A stretch of 64,000 nt of DNA. Origin: the human T2T-CHM13v2.0 reference genome, Homo sapiens. Where the stretch lies: assembly GCF_009914755.1 (NCBI RefSeq), contig NC_060926.1, one strand, 5' to 3'. Made by a program: the position numbers and the translations under genes. How positions within the stretch are numbered: the stretch's first letter is position 1; every line of letters begins with the position of its first letter. The notes under the pieces were generated by a model that was given only the letters and a program-made list of their open reading frames with translations, searched no databases and was not told where the DNA came from. Shown here in pieces: positions 26,575 to 38,844 of the stretch.

Positions 26575-28354
26575 CTGTCTGGTTTCATATTTCTTTGTCC
26601 CTTTCGCTTCTTAATATGAATGTGAAATGCCATTGTTTCCCTCTGTACACGTCTCTCTCGATACGTGTGTGTCTGTTGGGACTGTCAGGGAGAATCTGTC
26701 TCCACGCCTCACAGGAACACCCCCGCTGCGTGTATTTGTGACATCTCGTGCTGCTTCTGCTCCTGCAGTGTGTATGTTCCTCCTGAATCTTAAGCATTTT
26801 TGATGGCAGGAAAAGTGTTTGTTCACTTAGATTAAACCCATATTCGAACACCCACTACATCGTATGGGCACAAGTGACTGATAAAGCAACAGAATTTTTA
26901 CACCTGTGTAATCTGCCTTCTGTGTAGATACCTGGTTGCCAGTGCCATAGGATCATACAGAGGTGAAGTTTTGGGGGAAAGATGTTGCAACCTGGGCTGG
27001 TGTAAGGGTAACGGATTAAACCGAATCCTAAACAGAGCTGAGCTTCATTGCTTACACTTAAAATTTTTATTTTCCCTTGCCCTTTCAACATTTAAAAAAA
27101 ATGGCATGGGGAAAGCTTGGGATAAACAGTAGGCAGAGCTTTCAAGTTACATATCTTGGCAGGATCTTTCTTCTTTTTTCTTTTTATGCCCTCACTTTTT
27201 ATTTTATTTCAACTTGTATGACATGGACTCTTTATAATAAAAGTTTGTTACATGAGTAAACTATGTGATGCTGAGGCTTGAGGTCCCGTGGATACCGTCA
27301 CCCAGGCTATAAGCATAGTACCCACCTCCCTCTTTTGAAGAGAGCTTGTGTATAGTAAGCTCAGTTTCCTCTGGAAAGCAGTAACTTTAACCTTTTTTGG
27401 CTCAAAGTTTTGTTTCTTAACCAAACTTAAATGAGAGACATTTCCACAGGTAGGAAGGTCCTCCATGGACAAAAACTGATAAAAATGTTTATAGAATTTT
27501 GGTCATTTGATAGAAACAAAATGAGGAGCCATCCTCTGAAAAGGAGCTGAAAGTCCTTATGAGCTATGGTGTGATGGAAAGTCTTGGTCAGGTTATTCCC
27601 GGTCAGGTTTGGGAGCAGTTCTGCCCCATGCTGGGAAGGCTGGGACTCCCAGTTTCTCCCAGTCACAGATTCCCTCTACCTGAGAACCTTGAGCACTCTT
27701 AAGCCAATGCCTCTGGAAGCCCCTTATCTATTCATACCCATCACTGTGTAACTAAATAAAGGAGAGAAAATTCGTGTATAAGAACATGGAGTTGCAGAGG
27801 AGACTGTCGAATTAGCTGACAAACCACCAGTTTGAGGAAGAGGAAAGGCCCTGGCCTGGTGGGAGTCTCTGCTCAGTCTAGTTCTCCCTGAGCCCAGGAG
27901 TCAGGCCCGTTGGGCAGAGGGGAACATGCCTATGTTTATTCAGTCAGATGGCACTTAGTGTCTGGAGATCCAGCAGGAAGACGTAACCTTCCTATAGGTT
28001 CCTCATGTGCTAGGAGGGGAGATGGACTGCCATAAAGGAATAACGTGATCACTCTCTGCAGTAGGAGAGACATGAGCAGGAGGCCAGGGAAGCCCAGAGG
28101 AGGACAGGATTCCTAACAAAATCCTGACTAGGCTTGGGAAGGAAGAACTAAGGACTGTTGTTTTAGCTGAAGAAAGAGGAAGGGGCTTTAACTGGGCAGA
28201 GGAAGAGTGGTGGCCTGGAAGGACTGAGGAGAAGGACGTTCCAGGGAGAGGAAGGCCCGCCGGGAGCCTTGAAAGAAGTCAGTCCAGCAGGCTTTGGCAG
28301 AAACGAGGGGCCTTGCTTTGGGAATCTCCTAGCATAGCAACAGGGGGGTCTGTG

Positions 28355-28531
28355 CCTGATTCTGTAAATAACATTTTATTGGAACACAGCCCATCCATTC
28401 GTTCAGCTGTTATCTGTGGCTGCTTTTTCATGACAGCAGCAGAGTTGAGTAGCTGAGAAAGGGACCTTGTGGCTCACAGAGCCTTAAATATTTACTCTCT
28501 GTTTCTTTACAAAAAAAGTTTGCTGACCCTT
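28355..28531 (+). mobile_element. MER58A-like MITE, partial
   Basis: gtaaataacattttattggaacacagcc...aaatatttactctct...aaaagtttgctgaccc. Confidence 0.8.
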
Positions 28532-30042
28532 AACTTTATTCTTTGAAATTCTTAATGAATGGACCCACACTGTCAGCCCTGGGGCGTTGCTTGCAGGCCT
28601 TCATGCACCTGTTAGTTTATTTTCTCATTCAGTGATCCTGCTTCACCCTGCCCTACCACACCACCATGTCAGTAGCCTCTAGATGGCAGTGAATATTTCA
28701 GGAGTAGAATAGTATCTGTGGTGTAAAGGGGGTGGCATTTCCCCACCAAGTACCCCCTAAAATGTCTGATTACCAACCCCAGGCTCTCATAGACTGTGCC
28801 TAATTTTGTGGAACCTCTGCTGCTGCTCATTTGCTTGGCCAAAACCCCCCATCATGCCAAGTAAGCATTGACAAGCAAAATCAGAATGAAAAATAGTGAT
28901 AGGAATAATGGTCATTGCAAAATACTATTCTTTGGTGAGGCATTCCATTTGTTTAGGGCTTCTGGAGCTGGCAGCTAGAAGGAGAGCCCCACCTCAAGTC
29001 TGCATCTATTTCAAAAACACAGAATGCTTTTCCAGAAGTGTCTGTGCATTTGAAATGCTGCTTTCCCAGATATAGCAAGTAAAAGTTGTGTGGAATTACA
29101 TAGCAAATGCCAACTTTTAAGCACCTGCTGTGGTCCGTGGTATCTGCCATTGGGCCTGCCAGGCCAGCCTCTTGATGGTTAGTAAGAGCTGGATGAAATA
29201 GAGGCGGAGTCATTCCCATTTTACAGATCATGCAACAGGGGCTCTGACAAGCCAAGTAACCTCCATTTTAACTAGTAAGAGACCCATGAGAAATAGGGTA
29301 TTTATTTTTATGCTCTAGTTATTCTTAGCAGGTAGAGGGCTTGTTGAAATACTTGAATCAAGAGGTCAAGAATTTTGGTGACAGACTATCAAAATAACTG
29401 GTTTTCAAGGGGCAGGTAAAATCCTCCTTAGCACTAACTTCTGTCTCAGTCCCAGCAGCCACTGAGTTATCATTTCAATACCCCTGTGAAATAATACTGC
29501 AGTTTGGAATCTAATTTTTGATTAATGCTTTCTTTAGAAAACTATCGGCAGTAGGTAATGATATTTTCCAGACATTTCTGGAAAATATAGTAGCTCTGAA
29601 AAGAGAAGCATATAGGTTTAGGGTTGTCTTGTTTTCCGACTAAAATGGTCATTCCTACATAACAGTGTGATCATAATCTTCCCCTCCATAACATTATTCT
29701 GCCGTGTTCTTAGGGTAAAGATCAGGGTACTTATTGTGGCATTTGAAGCCTTTCCTGTTGTTGCATCTCCTGTCTGTCCTGAGTACCTCACACTTCTTTC
29801 TGTTTGAGACCACCTCAGTTCCTTGAACGGCATCGTTAGATTGTCCCTTTGGCTGGCTCACTCCTACTTTGTCTTCACATCTTGGCTAAGATGTCACTGG
29901 ATGCAGGAGGCCTTCTTGGAGCTTTGGAGAGTGGGTTGGGTATCTTGCCTTGCCCAGCCCTGCCATAATGCCTGTTATACTGTTGTTACATTGTTCATTG
30001 TTCATTTATTTGTATGTTCTCCACCATTAGACCGTAAGCTTC

Positions 30043-30303
30043 ATTTAATTTTTTTTAAATCGACATAATTACACATATTTATAGGGCACTTAGTGATATG
30101 ATGTTGTGATACATAAAATGTACGGTGATCAGATTAGGGTAATTAGCATATTCATAATCTCAAACATTTCTCATTTCTTTATAGCTAGACAGGAGGAATA
30201 AGCTCTGGTGTTCTATGGCACTGTAGGATGACTCTAGTTCACAATAATACATGGTTTTAAATAGCTAGGAGGAGCATATTGAATGTTTCTATCAGAAAGA
30301 AAT
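30043..30303 (-). mobile_element. Short L1MA 3' end with 5' inversion, inserted in an L2
   Basis: Antisense 3' terminus at 30043-30180 joined to the preceding consensus segment in sense orientation at 30181-30304; degenerate 13-bp TSD. Confidence 0.8.
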
Positions 30304-31007
30304 GACCCTTAGCTTCTCAAAGGCATTTGTTTTCGTTTTGACCCTACAGTTACAAGGAATAGGAACCCATTCAAGCTAGCTAATATAAAAGGAGTTTATT
30401 GTGAGGAAGTATTTAAAACAATAAGGAGAACTTTATGGAAATCTAAGGACTGGGTCTGTAAGAAGCTGTATCCCATGGATGCAGGGCAGGAGTTCCTTAG
30501 GATGGTGTAGATACGTCTCATGGCTCTCTGTGCACCAGCTCTATTCACACCTCTCTGGCCTGTTGGCTTTCTCAGTTCATGCAGTTGTCTTCACGAGGTC
30601 TGTTCATGGCCCCAGCTTGCCCACATAGCCTAGAATGTCCCTACCAGTGCTGGAGGACCCTCCTAATCACATGGCTTTATTTCCTGCTCCCTGCTTGTTT
30701 GGTTTCTTAGTTTCCCTATTGCTGATTTCTAAGTAAGCGCTCTGGTTGGCTTGGCTCACTTTTTTAAGCCGGGCCACACATGTTGTCATAGGTCTCTGGC
30801 CAGCCTGTAGTTGGGCTGTCCTCAGGTCAGTCATCACTCTGGACCAGTTAGATATATTGGAGCTGGAGGGGCTCCATGTATCAGAGCATGGCTGCCAACA
30901 GAGACCTTTCTTTTTTGGTTTCTCTCCCTACCTCTTGGCTTACAAGAATGTTAGGCTTGTGTTTTATAGATCTCATTGTATCCTTTGTTGTTTTTCATTC
31001 TTCACAG

Positions 31008-31084
31008 ATATCATTAACGGAGCTCAAGAAAAATGTGTATTGCCTCCTATGGACGGCTACCCTCACTGTGAGGGAAAGATCAAG
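31008..31084 (+). CDS. MGAT5: MGAT5 internal coding exon (approx. aa 136-161, (D)IINGAQEKCVLPPMDGYPHCEGKIK)
   Basis: Pyrimidine tract + ttcacag|AT acceptor and AAG|gtaagg donor; 77 nt, phase 1 to 0; translation matches the recalled GnT-V stem/N-domain sequence. Confidence 0.97.
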
Positions 31085-32128
31085 GTAAGGCAGAGGCAAG
31101 CATCATCCCCAATCTGCACAAACACCCCTTCTTTTTCCCTTCTCTTCCTTTTCCTCCTCAGTGACACAAATGGGTGAGTGAGCCCTTGACATGGATCATT
31201 TATGGGGTGCCTCCATCCTGCCGGCTTTGTCTGTGGCTATGACAACCCTGCTATGCCTATGTCAGCCATGTGGGGTTGGTCAACAATGGCTCTCACTGGT
31301 CAGCATGAGAGAGCCTGGGCCATTTCAGGCACCTGCTGAGTCTTTGAAGCTGACTTCCCCTCTCTGTTTCCCAGCCTCCAGCAAGTGATCCTTGAAGGAC
31401 CAATGACAAGGAACTGCTGTTATTTAGTGTCCAACTCCCCACCATCTCAGTCCCCAGGCTCCTGCTCTGAAGCCTCCAGACTGTGGTTTAAGTGTCACAT
31501 TTGTATTTGTGGTTGAGTACTGAGAGACGCTTGGCTGCTATTTTACTTGGCTGCTTTTTTTTCCAGAAATCCTATTTGTATGGCCTGCCCCTGGGGAGAC
31601 CACTCCCTGCTCAGTAGTTTTCAGAGAACAGTGTCCATTCAGGGATGTAGTTAGGACAGTGGGACCAACCCCAGAAGCATTTGGGTGGTATCCATGTGGG
31701 CCGTCCGTCAACGCTCGTGCGTGCCCTCCTTCACGCACTGTATTTCAGGTACCATGCTGTGGGCTGTTGGAACTGGAGTTCCTGGAGGGGGTGTAGATAT
31801 CAGAGTCCCATTAGGCACTTGATCTTGATAAAAATCCCTAAGCCACCGCCTCTCCTGGGCTTTATTGCCTGCTGTACCACGACCTTACTCTCCACTCTAA
31901 GCGCTTCTGCTGAGGCCTAACGTAAGCCAGTGTCTTCCTGTTAATCGTCCAAGGAGGTGAGCTGCACACCTGGCTATCTTGACCTCGGCTCAGTGACTCT
32001 GTCACTCAGTTCTTTAGGGCACAGCTTGAGCCATTCACTCCATCTTCACCATTCTATCCTCGCCTTCCCTGTCAGCAGATGTGGAGGGCCTGTGAATGGG
32101 CTGCTCAGAGATGTTCTTCTTGTTTCAG

Positions 32129-32218
32129 TGGATGAAAGACATGTGGCGTTCAGATCCCTGCTACGCAGACTATGGAGTGGATGGATCCACCTGCTCTTTT
32201 TTTATTTACCTCAGTGAG
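32129..32218 (+). CDS. MGAT5: MGAT5 coding exon (approx. aa 162-191, WMKDMWRSDPCYADYGVDGSTCSFFIYLSE)
   Basis: tgtttcag|TGG acceptor and GAG|gtgagt donor; 90 nt, phase 0/0; continues the previous exon in frame. Confidence 0.97.
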
Positions 32219-32429
32219 GTGAGTAGCTTTCTGTGGCTCCTGGGGGTAGATGTGACTGGTTGGACTGTTCTGTAGCTGAGTCTGAAATTTGAAAAGCTTG
32301 AAAACGTGTGGTATTTTTATGTGGAGGACCTATGGTTCCGTCCTTCATTACTCTCCCTACCTCTCCAGGAATGATGTTTTTCTTTTCTCCTTGAGGGAAA
32401 AATAAGCGGAGTTAGTTAGCTATTTCCTT

Positions 32430-32830
32430 TTTTTCTAGCTTTTCTTTAAATTGTAGTAAAATAGACGTGAGATTTGCCATCTTAACCATTTTCAAATGTG
32501 TATAGTTCAGTGGCATTAAGTATATTCACATCATTGTGCAACCATCACCACTGTCCCTCTCTAGAATTCCTTGTATCTTGCAAAACTGAACCTCTAGACT
32601 CATTAAACACTAACTCCCCCTTAAGACCCTGCTTTCAGTTATTTTGGAAATATACCCAGAAGTGAAATTGATGGATCATATGGTAACTGTATTGTTAATT
32701 TTGGGGGGAATTGCCATACCATTTTGTAAAGCAGCTGCCCCATTTTATACCAACAGTGTGCAAGCATTTTAATGTCTTCATATTCTCACCTACACTTGTT
32801 ATTTTCTGGTTTTGTTTTTTGAATAATACA
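32430..32830 (-). mobile_element. L1MB-type 3' fragment
   Basis: tttgccatcttaaccatttt...agttcagtggcattaagtatattcaca...atatacccagaagtgaaattg. Confidence 0.8.
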
Positions 32831-33039
32831 AATTATTTAGAGAAAGGAGGATCATTCAGCTTGGGTTAGGTATAAAGAGAGTCAATATCAGGAAATCTCC
32901 TGGGTTTGTCAAGAAGAGATGCCACATGATCAGAATCTTGAGAAAAAAAAATGTTATAAGTAAGTTAGGTAAATGAAAGACAAAAGTGTATTCAAGGCAG
33001 AGAAACAACATAGGGAAAGTTATGGTATCAGTTGCACAG

Positions 33040-33660
33040 TGGGAGTGATGGGACAATGGACATAGGCAGGGGCTACCACTTGGGAAGTATGGAATACTCT
33101 ACCAAAACCTGGGAATGTGGGTAGACCTTCTGGTTGCTGATAGGCTTTATCTTCAGGTCCTCTATGCCATCAACATACTCATCCATGCTGTGGTGGAATT
33201 CAATGTAGCTGAAGCTCCTGCTCTCTGTGTAGCTATTTTTGGAATTCTCCCAGTGACACTTGAGTACATTGGGTGCATTCTGGGTCCGTACATATGCATG
33301 TCTATAGCAGTCATCCCAGTTGTCATTAGCATGTGTATGCTCAATTTGGTAACCTGAGATTTAGATGAACATGTGAGAGCTCTTATCTTTTAGAGCACTT
33401 CTTTTTCTCTCATGAGGACATCACATCTGTACTCTTGAACGTGGGTAGTGATGTTTTATGAGTTCCCACCAGTAGATGTTCTTCCTGTGTACAAGCAGCC
33501 TGCATAGGATCAAAGCAGGGCCAAGAGCAGGCTCCAGATCTTTAGAGAGGTTGCCATCTCAGTCACCAGAGCCACCCTATTCAGATTCAGTGTTTGAGTC
33601 ACTGCTTGTAGAGGGATCAGTGTGTGGATCTGAATAGCAGAGTCTATGTCCTCCTCCTCC
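33040..33660 (-). pseudogene. EDDM3CP: EDDM3 (epididymal protein 3 / HE3, RNase A superfamily) pseudogene; CDS-equivalent 33557 to 33130; probably the locus named EDDM3CP
   Basis: Minus strand reads, across frameshifts, MATSLKIWSLLLALL / ILCRLLVHRKNIYWWELIKHHY / EYRCDVLMREKE / ALKDKSSHMFI*ISGYQIEH...VLKCHWENSKNSYTESRSFSYIEFHHSMDEYVDGIEDLKIKPISN, closely matching recalled EDDM3A/EDDM3B. It has indels near 33510, 33443 and 33397 and an in-frame TAA at 33363-33361. The family call is strong; the symbol and UTR limits are from memory or approximate. Confidence 0.9.
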
Positions 33661-36600
33661 TTTTAAAGACCAGGAAGCATTTACTGGTTTATTATAACAG
33701 AAACAACTCAGAAACAGCCAGAGGGAAGAGATGCGTAAGGCTAGGTTTGGGAGGGAAGTAACTAAAAGTTAGTTACATTTACCTTCCTTTTTTCCCTAAA
33801 TCTGAGCATCATTTTCATTTGTACCCTTGAATTTAAATAGCAGCTTTTGTATTTTTTTTTTTAACGGTTGCAGAGAACTTTATGGGCCACTTGAATTTTT
33901 TACAGACTTTAAGGATATCCATTTCACCTAGAACCTCTTGGGAATCAAAACCGGCTGGCTTCCCCTTTATGGACTGGGGGAGGAAGGGGTTGGAGCAGAG
34001 TAGGCAGCTTTGGGGTCTTGTGAAACAGGTTCTGGCCAATTCTGAGGTCATGCCTCCACAGACCCTCTGCTGCCCTTTCTTTTTATTCTGTCCCCCGTTT
34101 TTGTTTGCTGTTGCTGTTGTTATTTGACCAATAATAACAGCTGGTGATGCCATGCAGGAAGGAGAACACCTTCATTTTTGAGGCTAAATAAAATATTCTT
34201 GCCATAGTTTTCCTTTTGTGGGATTCAGATGCCTCTCTTTTCTTTGCCATAGGGTGATGGGGATAGAGGCCAAACAGTATTGCTAATAGGGCATGTGGCC
34301 CTGATTCTGTGGGGTTTGCCCCTCTCTCAGACTATTACTTCTTTTGCCTGGGTGCATTCAAGTTACACTTTTTGGGGGTTCCAACCGGGCTCCATGATTT
34401 TTTGGGGGAAGGGGGACAAGGTTGTTCCATTGCCATCATGAAAACCCCAGAGCTAACGATAGTTAAAATACCTCTTGGAAATGAACAGCTCTGAGAGTTG
34501 GGTGTGTGAGGCTCCTCATTAGCAGGCTGCTGGCAAATTGACTTGATAGCATTTATATGAGTTTCTGGCTTCCGGCTTGGGTGGCTTGTGGCCTGCCTTC
34601 TCATTTCCTTCTCCAGAGGAGTAAAGCCTGGGGCCATGCGTGAACCTTCACTCTAGTTGAAAAGTCAATTAGAAGTACCTCTCCTGCCCTGAGGAAAAGG
34701 TTCCTCATTTAGTTTAATTTTCAAAAGTTTTATTCCCCTTTCTACTTGAAAGAATTTAGCCAAGAGTCTGACCAAGCTCCATGATTGACAAGCTGGGCTA
34801 ATTTCATGCCTTCCTAAGCCTTTGCATGTTGGGGTATGCTGCTGAGGCAGAGGATTTTACATTCCCATACTTACATCTCCTTGGAAGGCATGGAGAGTGA
34901 TCCAAATGGAAGAGACTGCAGTTATTTGTGACTTCTTTCCCTCCCTTTGTCACACTTCACCCCTGCTCCCAGTGAAGTATATGGCTAAGCTGAGAGAAAA
35001 GTGAGGTTCTGGGGAAGGGAAGTAGAGAGGAATACGGGATGAAGAGACATGATGGATCACATATCACTTGCTATCTGAGGCTGAGTATTTCATTTTGGAA
35101 CGAGCAACTACGTTTTCTCTTCCTGAGGTGTGAAATACGCTTCATTAGCTCATACCACTCTCTTCTTATGCAGATATCGGGTGGTCTTTTTGTTGCTTGG
35201 CTGAATTCTGTTCAGTGAGCAGTTATTGAATTCATTGTCAACAATTAATGAAAACACATTTTCTTGACACCACGTTATGTGTTAATCATTGTAAAAGCAA
35301 CAGGAAGAAAGGATGCAGGTAACTGAACCAGGAGAATGGGTGGAGATAACTAGGGACCCCTTCTTACAAGTTTTAATCTGAATATAACCCTGAACCTCAG
35401 GGCTTTTCTATGTTATCATAGCATTGTAATAAGTACCCTGTGAGAGTTGAAGGAGAATGTCACCAATATGGTCCCTTCAATAGGAATACTATCTTAGAGT
35501 CACACCTGACATCAGCTTCTGTTTCTGCTGCTTTCTCAGCTCTATGAGGTCACTTAACCTTTTGTGCCTAGGATTCTTCCTTTATGAAATAATAGGAATG
35601 TACTTAGAGTACAACCCGGCAGATAAAAGACACTCAATAAGCATAACTGACACTTCCGTGGTTTTAAATGTTGTGATCTTTTTGGAATAGTTGTGGGGTG
35701 TCACTTTGCCTTGGACATTATATGTGGGAACATTGTTCCATTTTAGAATTAGAATCAATTTCTGGTTCTCATTTACCAGTGTAATGCAATTTTAGATCCT
35801 TTGACTTCTGGTAGTATAGAAATTCAGCTGTTTCCCTTAATGCCTATTTTTAAATTGACAACGTTTGTATGTATTCATGGTATACAACTTGGTGTTTTGA
35901 TATGGGTCTGCATTGTGGAATGGCTAAATCAAGCTAATTAACGTGTGCATTACTTCACATACATATTTATTTGTGGTGAGAGTATTTTCCCTTGATTGGT
36001 CATTTCTGGACATGATACTTGGGTTTGCACTGGAATTAGCTGCACGTGTGGACCCAGTGCACCCTACCATTGTTAATGTGAGATTAGTAGAGATGTTTTG
36101 TAAAACCGATTAATTCCTTTTTAGTATTTTTAAAATCCTGGACAATATCTGTGGCTTTGTAGGAGCTGTTGGTTCACTTGTGTGGTTTTATTCTTTCCTG
36201 CTGTCTTGAAACTTTCCTTATTCTGTTATTTAAGTTAACTCTGAAACCTGCGTTTTTATTTCCTGTATCATCTAGGTTTCTCTTGCAACTGGGGAGATGA
36301 TTGAGAGAGACATCTTCATTTGAGTTGTTAATGTGATCAACACATGCACCAGTGACTTTTATTCTATTCCTAATCCTTATTGAAAGAGCCAGTTCTTGTT
36401 TTGATCTATGTTTAACATCAGAGCTTTAACAGATGCCAAAAGGACATGAAGTAAAATGTCTCTTGTATAGTCAGTCACTAGTGGAATTGGAGCATTTAGA
36501 TTCAGACCTGTCTTAAGAGATGGTACTCTTCCTTCATTTTTCTTTCTTAGGGTTGTCTCAGTTCACCAGCTTCCGCTGAGTTATGGGATTAGAAACTTCT

Positions 36601-38844
36601 GTTAGTACTTTCACCCTCACCAACTTGTAGTCTATGGATCTTTTTTGGTTAAATCCCAGGAAGCAAAGCCATCAATATTTTTCCTTAAAATACCCCCACA
36701 GCTGTTTGTTATATGTCTGACGCTGTACTAGAGATGGTAGAGATAAAAGCTGAGTGGTTGCCTTTCTTTAGAGGTGGGACTTTGGGGCAGACAAGAGAAG
36801 AATGAAAGACTATTGATGCTCCACTGTACCAGACACCTCAAATACAGAATAACCCCATTTTATTTAAGTGACTTCAGCATCTGAGGATTTTAATATCCAC
36901 AGGGGTCTTGAAACCAGTCCCCAAGAGATACTGTGGGTCAGCTATACACAATCTTATTTAAACCTCTTGCCAACTCTAAAGAGTAATGGAGAGCCAAGTC
37001 ATAGATAGCTCAGAGAGGTCAAGTCGCTTATCCCCAAAGTCCTGCACTTTTTGTTCCTGCTGTCTCCTTTATGATGAAGGAAAACTGATCTTAGGTAGCT
37101 AACTTGCAGCCATTGACTTTGCATTCAGTTGTATGGTTAAATCCACTTGTGATGGGAAAATGGCTCTAATTTAGCTAACTTGAATGAATAGATCTTCATT
37201 GCTAGTTGTCTAATACTCCATAATTTCGATACCCTACGCCTCCAAAAAAACACAAACTCTCTTGCTGCCATAACTCATGAAAACCAGGTGTCAGCCATTC
37301 CAAGTGGTAGGAATGAGCAAATGATTCATTAGGCAGCCTTGTATTTCCAGAACATCAGGCAGTTCATTTTCTGTATCTGTTTTCGTGAGCCATGTAACTA
37401 CTCCCATTACAGAGACAGGGCCCTATAAAGTAATTACTCTGAATGTCATTGTTTCAGGTATATTAACTTAACCATCTGCAGAGCCTTTTACTGCTATCAG
37501 CTTTTACAAAATTTAGAATGAATTTCTTCATCTCTGTTGATATTATGTTGATAGATGATACTGATGTATTTGACACTGGCACTTTTTTTTCTTTTTAAAC
37601 AGTTGTTACAGAACCTAGGAAGCATCATACCTTTCCAGAGTTCCTAATTTGTTTATGCTTTTCTTGTATGCACTTCTGTTGCCATTGCAAGTAGAGTTGC
37701 TCTGAAATAATCAAATTGCCCAGTGATTGATTGCTAGATCTTAGGATGTGTGCAAGCTATTGCTTCAAATGCCAGTTTGGACTAGATGCATGAGAGTGTG
37801 TCTATGACTCTTTCACAAAGGAGCAAAAGAAGCAGTTTCATGCCTTACTTGTCAATCTAGTTCTTATATTTCATAAACAACAGACGTAAAGGTCTTTGCT
37901 TCTTTCTGTTCTCCCTTGGCAGTATGTAAAACTAATATTGGCTGAGCATGTAATTAACCTTGAGTTTAAATTCAGCATACTTAATCCCTTGATTAATGCT
38001 AAGATTAATGCCCAACAGGAAAGGTTGAAAGCTTAAATGTTTGTGAATGCGAGCATGAAATGAAATCCTAATAACCAGTACAATGATTTGGATTTATGAG
38101 CTGTGTTGGCTGCTAAAGATAACTTGGAAATGGTGTTGCACAGACTAATTTGTCAAAGTGGGCAGTGATAAAGAATAGACTGCTTAGGTTACAGGACAAA
38201 ACCTGAATGTAAAAACAACTAACGTTTTGGGGTGGGTCAGGGAGTACTTTAAAAATATCACCGGATTGTTGCCCGAGAATACCAACACACACCCTTCAAA
38301 TGTTCAGCCATTTGAAATGGGAAATTCCTTTTCCTCAAGATAATATTTCTGGGCAGTAAAGGAGGTGGCAGAGATTTATGATCATGTTCTTTTCACCTTC
38401 TCTGTTCAGCCTTTATTGGTATCTTTTTCATCTGTATATATTTGTTGCTCTTACTACCTGAGTTCTAAGACATCCTTAGTAAAAGAATTTAAAAAAAAAA
38501 AAAATCCTGAGTTTACAGAACAGTATTTGTTAGTCAGCCTAACTGATCTGTTAGTTTCTCCCTTTAGCCCCTCACCCTCTAAAGTTCTTAGCAACACTTC
38601 CTGTTTATGAATGTTATATACCACAACATTTATATTTAGACTTCTTGTTCTGGCCTCCACTCTACAAAACTCAGAAGGGCAAAGGACAAGACTTGCCAAA
38701 ACCCAAATCAACACTTCTTTGACTGCTTCTTGGAACACATGTGGCAGGATGGGGCTTCAATGCTGTCATCTCCAATTTGTTTTTTATACACATTTAAATA
38801 TCGTCTCATGTAATTTCTATTGTATGACCCTAAAAATACTTTTA

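Noticed and set aside
30746-31177. 143-aa ORF as an independent gene
   Set aside because: Only 31008-31084 is the MGAT5 exon; the rest is chance stop-free intron on either side of clear splice sites.
33115-33357. ORFs 33115..33357(+) and 33162..33344(-)
   Set aside because: They are the wrong strand or wrong frame of the EDDM3 pseudogene.
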